NCBI GenBank assembly: GCA_964057225.1
Contig: OZ059899.1
Coordinates: 4,402,001-4,466,000 of the forward strand
Reading direction: 5' to 3'
Length of the DNA stretch: 64,000 bases
Source of the DNA: Auanema rhodensis
Taxonomy: Eukaryota > Animalia > Nematoda
Shown here: in pieces, positions 7,563-16,600 of the stretch
How positions within the stretch are numbered: the stretch's first letter is position 1
How the letters are laid out: every line of letters begins with the position of its first letter
Notes under the pieces: generated by a model
Databases searched by the model: none
The model's input: the letters and a program-made list of their open reading frames with translations, nothing else
What the model was told of the DNA's origin: nothing
Translations under genes and position numbers: made by a program

Positions 7563-10500
7563 TATCAAATTTGCACAAAAGCAACTGGAGGAGCCTTATT
7601 AGTTCCACCAGTAGTAAAGAAATGTAAATTAACAGAAACAAATCATGTGCTACGTACACAAATCCATCTATACACGCGAAACCACACGGCACACGAGTGG
7701 GACGCGTGGCGCTGCTCGAAGGAAGTACACAAGCTGTGTGTACGCGATTTGTTATTTCTCCGCGACACAAACAGAACAATCGATGAGGTGCAGCCTATAG
7801 CGGCGCACGAGTGCAGGCAGGCGATTCGCGATCGCAAATGGAATAACATGGAGCTGGAGAGAATCGATAGTATAGCACAAGCAACCCCAGAGCCCTCCTA
7901 TGATCCGGCGCGCGCGTTTAGCCGCGACGAGTGCGAGGAGCGGCCGCGTTTAGTACTAGAGCGCGGAGTCATGACCCGCATGCCCGATGATACAATATTA
8001 TCCAATTTAATACTAAACACTGAAGGTTGTAGTGCTCATCATGGTAATTGCAAATCAAATACATCAATAATTATATGGGATCCCCAAACATCGGATTCCC
8101 GTTGTAATTATATTGATATGCATTACTACGATGCTATAATAAGCAAAGAAACTATTTTGATTCCAAGTACACAATCAGCGCTTATCCTTTCGAGTAAAAT
8201 AACACCAAAACCAATTGCATCCTGCTTTAGACAACCAGCATTCCATACAACATCAGGAAATTATATAACATTCCCCAAATATCCTAATGATAACAATATC
8301 ACACTCCTAATTGAACGAGAATTTAAGAAATTGCTGTTCAAAAGACCTAAACGCGCAACTTCTACAAAATGCTCATTCCCATTCGATCAGGATAGAATAA
8401 ATGAAGTTGAAGATTTTGAAACGTACACGCTTCGAATTTGCCAATATCCATTTTTAATACCACTTATGAGTAATCCAGGAATTACACAAATTATTCCTCT
8501 AATTAAAGGAAGACGTATGGTAGACACTACATATTCCTTGAAAGAATGGATAATAGCCCATCGTGAAAATTTTGAATTTTTCTTTAAAATTCAAATTTAT
8601 GAGAAATCTTTAAGACATTTTCTCAAACAATATGATTTCCGTGATAAAGACGAAGCCATTTTACAATATGTTGCTCAAAGAGAATTAGCTTTAGCTACTA
8701 AAGCTGGAATATCTTATTTAACATCCAGGCAACTTCTTCAACAAATATCAGATCGTTTGACCGTTATTGAATTTGATCGGTTAATTCGTACAAAAGAAGG
8801 CACTTATCGAGAACGTGATGAAACTATTGCTCTTGATTTAGCCAATACACCAGTTATAATTGAAGACAAATTAACAGTTCCATCAAGACAAGAAATATTA
8901 AAAGCATTCGTAAAAATGCCACCAATAAGGAAACAATTATTAACTGATCAAGAAGAAAGAAACAGCAAATTTATAAAAGATACAATTGACCTTGTACATG
9001 AGCTAAAAACTCTCGTTACGCTTAGAAGAAATAAAACAGCAGCTGATATTGATGACATAAAATTTATAAACCTTCCATCTTCACGAATGTTTGTACTTGA
9101 TACGGATAAATTGTTCTATGACATCAAGAATAATTTTGGAATACCAATTGGACCACATCCCAAGCTCATAGAGCCCAACAACATCTCTAAGGACTTATTA
9201 TTGGAAATATTTTTACCACTACTAAACGATAATATTTTGCCTAATACATCTAGTAGAATATCATCAAAACAGTTAAAAAGATTAATGACAGAGAAAATCC
9301 AACTTAAATCGTTGCAAACCACGACGCGTGCGCCAAGCAACGCGGCAGGCGGCGCGGCCGAGATGGCAGCCCTCCCTATAATCGATCGTGAGGCGCTGAT
9401 CACAACAGATCCCGCAATACTGCCGCAAACATCTACAAGCCCTCGGGCAGCCGCAGCAACTACCGCGCGCGCGCCTTCATCGATGGCCCAGCCCGAAACA
9501 ACGGCGCGCCATACAACCGCAACAACAACCGCGCGCGCAACAATATCGACCCGCGCGCCGCCAACTACTATTCTCTACGCTGTTCATCAAGATCAACAAA
9601 TTCCAATAATGGAAGAAACTACATATACACCAATATCTTTGATTCGTAAACATAGAGCATCATCAACGCCTACAGCCACCGATATAGAGTCTGTACAGGC
9701 TAATGCTCAATACATTGCCACAAAAGTTGACTCTGAACAACAGTTTCGCCAAAACATAACAAGCAGAATTGCACAAGATCATTTGCAATATGCTACAACT
9801 ATGATTCAAGAAGAACTGCAGAAACATTTTAAAGAGTCATACGAATCAATATGTGAGATCCAAAATAGGTATCTTGAATTATGGAGATCAATTTTACAAA
9901 TTGAACCAACAATAGCTATGCGTACAATACTGGGAAGAGAAGATATAGCCGCAAGATTTGTAGGCAGCGAGATATTACATATACATGTTTGCCCGGTAGT
10001 ATTACAAAAGACTATATATCACAATCACACTGTGAATGGCACATGTTATCTCGAAACCCCAGTATTAACACAAGAAGGACAATTACTGTTTGCCGCACCA
10101 GGATCGAAAGACCTATTACCTCATGGTAAAGAAATTAACTGTGATCATGTACCAACAGACGTATGGTCAACAGACGGTGAATGGAAAGGAATTAATGGTA
10201 CTGTAGACGTCAGTCTCATATCCATGTGGGACGGACTTCATCATGAAAAGATCACGCCATTAAAATTCACCGGAGCACACTTATACACCAACTTATCATC
10301 TCGAGTGTACTCAATGACAACAGCCATTGCTTATGGTGCTAGTTTAGCATCGATTCGTCAAAATCACGTGCTTCACACAATTCATCATGATCCAAAAATA
10401 TCATCAGCATTCAGCATATTGAAGAAAAGTAGTGATTACATCTCCAAAGCCAATGAATTCACCAAAAGTACATGGAATTCATTTGTCGATACAATAGCAG

Positions 10501-10642
10501 GAACGATTGAACGAACACTCATCACTATCGGAGCAATTACAATTATTGTAGTTATACTGATCGTACTAGCCTTCGTTGCGAAAATATATTTCTTCAAACC
10601 AATAGGCATGCAAGTTATGCATATCGAACTCCGAGATCAAAC
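6044..10642 (+). mobile_element. Internal fragment of a second LTR retroelement (Ty3/gypsy-type gag + class III env), truncated at both ends
   Basis: Capsid motifs are followed by a viral-type glycoprotein. No LTR, PBS or pol is visible. It is bounded by the BEL element on the left and the satellite on the right. Confidence 0.8.
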
Positions 10643-10661
10643 CAGATTTGCGCTAGCTTAA
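7563..10661 (+). CDS. env: Envelope glycoprotein, class III fusogen-like (herpesvirus gB / chuvirus G related), in frame with the gag C-terminus
   Basis: Signal peptide LTVVMAITVAILLPCVTS|YQIC is followed by a Cys-rich ectodomain (WRCSK, HECRQA, GC..HGNC....IIW) and furin site RPKR at 8343-8354. The gB-like core is ICEIQN...ILQIEPTIAMRTILGREDIAARFVGSEILHIHVCPVV (9891-10001), then GTCY. There are multiple N-x-S/T sequons and a TM at ~10516-10580. The last 5 codons and the stop come from the satellite. Confidence 0.8.
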   Translation, partial: YQICTKATGGALLVPPVVKKCKLTETNHVLRTQIHLYTRNHTAHEWDAWRCSKEVHKLCVRDLLFLRDTNRTIDEVQPIAAHECRQAIRDRKWNNMELERIDSIAQATPEPSYDPARAFSRDECEERPRLVLERGVMTRMPDDTILSNLILNTEGCSAHHGNCKSNTSIIIWDPQTSDSRCNYIDMHYYDAIISKETILIPSTQSALILSSKITPKPIASCFRQPAFHTTSGNYITFPKYPNDNNITLLIEREFKKLLFKRPKRATSTKCSFPFDQDRINEVEDFETYTLRICQYPFLIPLMSNPGITQIIPLIKGRRMVDTTYSLKEWIIAHRENFEFFFKIQIYEKSLRHFLKQYDFRDKDEAILQYVAQRELALATKAGISYLTSRQLLQQISDRLTVIEFDRLIRTKEGTYRERDETIALDLANTPVIIEDKLTVPSRQEILKAFVKMPPIRKQLLTDQEERNSKFIKDTIDLVHELKTLVTLRRNKTAADIDDIKFINLPSSRMFVLDTDKLFYDIKNNFGIPIGPHPKLIEPNNISKDLLLEIFLPLLNDNILPNTSSRISSKQLKRLMTEKIQLKSLQTTTRAPSNAAGGAAEMAALPIIDREALITTDPAILPQTSTSPRAAAATTARAPSSMAQPETTARHTTATTTARATISTRAPPTTILYAVHQDQQIPIMEETTYTPISLIRKHRASSTPTATDIESVQANAQYIATKVDSEQQFRQNITSRIAQDHLQYATTMIQEELQKHFKESYESICEIQNRYLELWRSILQIEPTIAMRTILGREDIAARFVGSEILHIHVCPVVLQKTIYHNHTVNGTCYLETPVLTQEGQLLFAAPGSKDLLPHGKEINCDHVPTDVWSTDGEWKGINGTVDVSLISMWDGLHHEKITPLKFTGAHLYTNLSSRVYSMTTAIAYGASLASIRQNHVLHTIHHDPKISSAFSILKKSSDYISKANEFTKSTWNSFVDTIAGTIERTLITIGAITIIVVILIVLAFVAKIYFFKPIGMQVMHIELRDQTRFALA

Positions 10662-13600
10662 AAATGCACCGAGATATCAACTGATATAAGTTCACACTTA
10701 TATTCTCGATTTTCACCCTGAAGAATTAATTTTTTCGTTGAATAACATTGTCCATCGTCTTTGCCTTGAAAAAAGGAATCTAAAAACATCTACTTTTTGC
10801 TAAATGATTTTGAAATTTTTCGAAAAAATTTTTGTCAAAATGTTTTTGGAAGCAATCTTGAGTGTACATGGAAACTCAACATACACTAATGCATCATTTT
10901 TCAAACAATCATAACTGATTTTTGTATTAAGCGTTTCTCAATGTAGTATAGTGCATTCGATGCGGATTTTTAAGCTGCGTCGATCTATGTTATCAGATTT
11001 GCGCTAGCTTAAAAATGCACCGAGATATCAACTGATATAAGTTCACACATATATCCTCGATTTTCACCCTGAAGAATGAATTTTTTCGTTGAATAACATT
11101 GTCCATCGTCTTTGTCTTGAAAAAAGGAATCTAAAAACATCTACTTTTTGCTAAATTATTTTGAAATTTTTCGAAAAAATTTTTGTCAAAATGTTTTTTG
11201 AAGCAATGTTGAGTGTACATGGAAACTCAACATACACTAATGCATCATTTTTCAAACGATCATAACTGATTTTTGTATTGAGCGTTTCTCAATGTAGTAT
11301 AGTGCATTCGATGCGGATTTTTAAGCTGCTTCGATCTGTGTTATCAGATTTGCGCTAGCTTAAAAATGCACCGAGATATCAACTGATATAAGTTCACACT
11401 TATATTCTCGATTTTCACCCTGAAGAATGAATTTTTTCGTTGAATAACATTGTCCATCGTCTTTGCCTTGAAAAAAGGAATCTAAAAACATCTACTTTTT
11501 GCTAAATGATTTTGAAATTTTTCGAAAAAATTTTTGTCAAAATGTTTTTGGAAGCAATCTTGAGTGTACATGGAAACTCAACATACACTAATGCATCATT
11601 TTTCAAACAATCATAACTGATTTTTGTATTAAGCGTTTCTCAATGTAGTATAGTGCATTCGATGCGGATTTTTAAGCTGCGTCGATCTATGTTATCAGAT
11701 TTGCGCTAGCTTAAAAATGCACCGAGATATCAACTGATATAAGTTCACACATATATCCTCGATTTTCACCCTGAAGAATGAATTTTTTCGTTGAATAACA
11801 TTGTCCATCGTCTTTGTCTTGAAAAAAGGAATCTAAAAACATCTACTTTTTGCTAAATTATTTTGAAATTTTTCGAAAAAATTTTTGTCAAAATGTTTTT
11901 TGAAGCAATGTTGAGTGTACATGGAAACTCAACATACACTAATGCATCATTTTTCAAACGATCATAACTGATTTTTGTATTGAGCGTTTCTCAATGTAGT
12001 ATAGTGCATTCGATGCGGATTTTTAAGCTGCTTCGATCTGTGTTATCAGATTTGCGCTAGCTCAAAAATGCACCGAGATATCAACTGATATAAGTTCACA
12101 CTTATATTCTCGATTTTCACCCTGAAGAATGAATTTTTTCGTTGAATAACATTGTCCATCGTCTTTGTCTTGAAAAAAGGAATCTAAAAACATCTACTTT
12201 TTGCTAAATTATTTTGAAATTTTTCGAAAAAATTTTTGTCAAAATGTTTTTTGAAGCAATGTTGAGTGTACATGGAAACTCAACATACACTAATGCATCA
12301 TTTTTCAAACGATCATAACTGATTTTTGTATTGAGCGTTTCTCAATGTAGTATAGTGCATTCGATGCGGATTTTTAAGCTGCTTCGATCTGTGTTATCAG
12401 ATTTGCGCTAGCTCAAAAATGCACCGAGATATCAACTGATATAAGTTCACACTTATATTCTCGATTTTCACCCTGAAGAATGAATTTTTTCGTTGAATAA
12501 CATTGTCCATCGTCTTTGTCTTGAAAAAAGGAATCTAAAAACATCTACTTTTTGCTAAATTATTCTGAAATTTTTCGAAAAAATTTTTGTCAAAATGTTT
12601 TTTGAAGCAATGTTGAGTGTACATGGAAACTCAACATACACTAATGCATCATTTTTCAAACGATCATAACTGATTTTTGTATTAAGCGTTTCTCAATGTA
12701 GTATAGTGCATTCGATGCGGATTTTTAAGCTGCGTCGATCCGTGTTATCAGATTTGCGCTAGCTTAAAAATGCACCGAGATATCAACAGATATATGTTCA
12801 CACTTATATCCTCGATTTTCACCCTGAAGAATTAATTTTTTCGTTGAAAAATATTGTCCATCGTCTTTGCCTTGAAAAAAGGAATCTAAAAACATCTACT
12901 TTTTGCTAAATTTATTTGAAATTTTTCGAAAAAATTTTTGTCAAAATGTTTTTGGAAGCAATGTTGAGTGTACATGGAAACTCAACATACACTAATGCAT
13001 CATTTTTCAAACGATCATAACTGATTTTTGTATTAAGCGTTTCTCAATGTAGTATAGTGCATTCGATGCGGATTTTCAAGCTGCGTCGATCTGTGTTATC
13101 AGATTTGCGCTAGCTTAAAAATGCACCGAGATATCAACTGATATAAGTTCACACTTGTATCCTCGATTTTCACCCTGAAGAATTAATTTTTTCGTTGAAT
13201 AACATTGTCCATCGTCTTTGCCTTGAAAAAAGGAATCTAAAAACATCTACTTTTTGCTAAATTATTCTGAAATTTTTCGAAAAAATTTTTGTCAAAATGT
13301 TTTTTGAAGCAATGTTGAGTGTACATGGAAACTCAACATACACTAATGCATCATTTTTCAAACGATCATAACTGATTTTTGTATTAAGCGTTTCTCAATG
13401 TAGTATAGTGCATTCGATGCGGATTTTTAAGCTGCGTCGATCCGTGTTATCAGATTTGCGCTAGCTTAAAAATGCACCGAGATATCAACAGATATATGTT
13501 CACACTTATATCCTCGATTTTCACCCTGAAGAATTAATTTTTTCGTTGAAAAATATTGTCCATCGTCTTTGCCTTGAAAAAAGAAATCTAAAAACATCTA

Positions 13601-16600
13601 CTTTTTGCTAAATTTATTTGAAATTTTTCGAAAAAATTTTTGTCAAAATGTTTTTGGAAGCAATGTTGAGTGTACATGGAAACTCAACATACACTAATGC
13701 ATCATTTTTCAAACGATCATAACTGATTTTTGTATTGAGCGTTTCTCAATGTAGTATAGTGCATTCAATGCGGATTTTTAAGCTGCTTCGATCTGTGTTA
13801 TCAGATTTGCGCTAGCTCAAAAATGCACCGAGATATCAACTGATATAAGTTCACACATATATCCTCGATTTTCACCCTGAAGAATGAATTTTTTCGTTGA
13901 ATAACATTGTCCATCGTCTTTGTCTTGAAAAAAGGAATCTAAAAACATCTACTTTTTGCTAAATTATTTTGAAATTTTTCGAAAAAATTTTTGTCAAAAT
14001 GTTTTTTGAAGCAATGTTGAGTGTACATGGAAACTCAACATACACTAATGCATCATTTTTCAAACGATCATAACTGATTTTTGTATTAAGCGTTTCTCAA
14101 TGTAGTATAGTGCATTCGATGCGGATTTTTAAGCTGCGTCGATCCGTGTTATCAGATTTGCGCTAGCTTAAAAATGCACCGAGATATCAACAGATATATG
14201 TTCACACTTATATCCTCGATTTTCACCCTGAAGAATTAATTTTTTCGTTGAAAAATATTGTCCATCGTCTTTGCCTTGAAAAAAGGAATCTAAAAACATC
14301 TACTTTTTGCTAAATTATTTTGAAATTTTTCGAAAAAATTTTTGTCAAAATGTTTTTGGAAGCAATGTTGAGTGTACATGGAAACTCAACATACACTAAT
14401 GCATCATTTTTCAAACGATCATAACTGATTTTTGTATTGAGCGTTTCTCAATGTAGTATAGTGCATTCGATGCGGATTTTTAAGCTGCTTCGATCTGTGT
14501 TATCAGATTTGCGCTAGCTCAAAAATGCACCGAGATATCAACTGATATAAGTTCACACTTATATTCTCGATTTTCACCCTGAAGAATGAATTTTTTCGTT
14601 GAATAACATTGTCCATCGTCTTTGTCTTGAAAAAAGGAATCTAAAAACATCTACTTTTTGCTAAATTATTTTGAAAATTTTCGAAAAAATTTTTGTCAAA
14701 ATGTTTTTTGAAGCAATGTTGAGTGTACATGGAAACTCAACATACACTAATGCATCATTTTTCAAACGATCATAACTGATTTTTGTATTGAGCGTTTCTC
14801 AATGTAGTATAGTGCATTCGATGCGGATTTTTAAGCTGCTTCGATCTGTGTTATCAGATTTGCGCTAGCTCAAAAATGCACCGAGATATCAACTGATATA
14901 AGTTCACACTTATATTCTCGATTTTCACCCTGAAGAATGAATTTTTTCGTTGAATAACATTGTCCATCGTCTTTGTCTTGAAAAAAGGAATCTAAAAACA
15001 TCTACTTTTTGCTAAATTATTCTGAAATTTTTCGAAAAAATTTTTGTCAAAATGTTTTTTGAAGCAATGTTGAGTGTACATGGAAACTCAACATACACTA
15101 ATGCATCATTTTTCAAACGATCATAACTGATTTTTGTATTAAGCGTTTCTCAATGTAGTATAGTGCATTCGATGCGGATTTTCAAGCTGCGTCGATCTGT
15201 GTTATCAGATTTGCGCTAGCTTAAAAATGCACCGAGATATCAACTGATATAAGTTCACACTTGTATCCTCGATTTTCACCCTGAAGAATTAATTTTTTCG
15301 TTGAATAACATTGTCCATCGTCTTTGCCTTGAAAAAAGGAATCTAAAAACATCTACTTTTTGCTAAATGATTTTGAAATTTTTCGAAAAAATTTTTGTCA
15401 AAATGTTTTTGGAAGCAATGTTGAGTGTACATGGAAACTCAACATACACTAATGCATCATTTTTCAAACGATCATAACTAATTTTTGTATTAAGCGTTTC
15501 TCAATGTAGTATAGTGCATTCGATGCGGATTTTTAAGCTGCGTCGATCCGTGTTATCAGATTTGCGCTAGCTTAAAAATGCACCGAGATATCAACTGATA
15601 TAAGTTCACACTTACATTCTCGATTTTCACCCTGAAGAATCAATTTTTTCGTTGAATAACATTGTCCATCGTCTTTGCCTTGAAAAAGGAATCTAAAAAC
15701 ATCTACTTTTTGCTAAATTATTTTGAAATTTTCCGAAAAAATTTTTGTCAAAATGTTTTTGGAAGCAATGTTGAGTGTACATGGAAAATCAACATACACT
15801 AATGCATCATTTTTCAAACGATCATAACTGATTTTTGTATTAAGCGTTTCTCAATGTAGTATAGTGCATTCGATGCGGATTTTCAAGCTGCGTCGATCCG
15901 TGTTATCAGATTTGCGCTAGCTTAAAAATGCACCGAGATATCAACTGATATAAGTTCACACTTACATTCTCGATTTTCACCCTGAAGAATCAATTTTTTC
16001 GTTGAATAACATTGTCCATCGTCTTTGCCTTGAAAAAAGGAATCTAAAAACATCTACTTTTTGCTAAATTATTTTGAAATTTTCCGAAAAAATTTTTGTC
16101 AAAATGTTTTTGGAAGCAATGTTGAGTGTACATGGAAACTCAACATACACTAATGCATCATTTTTCAAACGATCATAACTAATTTTTGTATTAAGCGTTT
16201 CTCAATGTAGTATAGTGCATTCGATGCGGATTTTTAAGCTGCGTCGATCCGTGTTATCAGATTTGCGCTAGCTTAAAAATGCACCGAGATATCAACTGAT
16301 ATAAGTTCACACTTACATTCTCGATTTTCACCCTGAAGAATCAATTTTTTCGTTGAATAACATTGTCCATCGTCTTTGCCTTAAAAAAAGGAATCTAAAA
16401 ACATCTACTTTTTGCTAAATTATTTTGAAATTTTCCGAAAAAATTTTTGTCAAAATGTTTTTGGAAGCAATGTTGAGTGTACATGGAAAATCAACATACA
16501 CTAATGCATCATTTTTCAAACGATCATAACTGATTTTTGTATTAAGCGTTTCTCAATGTAGTATAGTGCATTCGATGCGGATTTTTAAGCTGCGTCGATC

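Noticed and set aside
3135-9403. Small alternate-frame or antisense ORFs (3135, 5423, 6000, 6950, 7171, 7528, 7643, 9116)
   Set aside because: They are shadows of the long ORFs, favoured by low-complexity or GC-rich stretches, and show no recognisable motifs.
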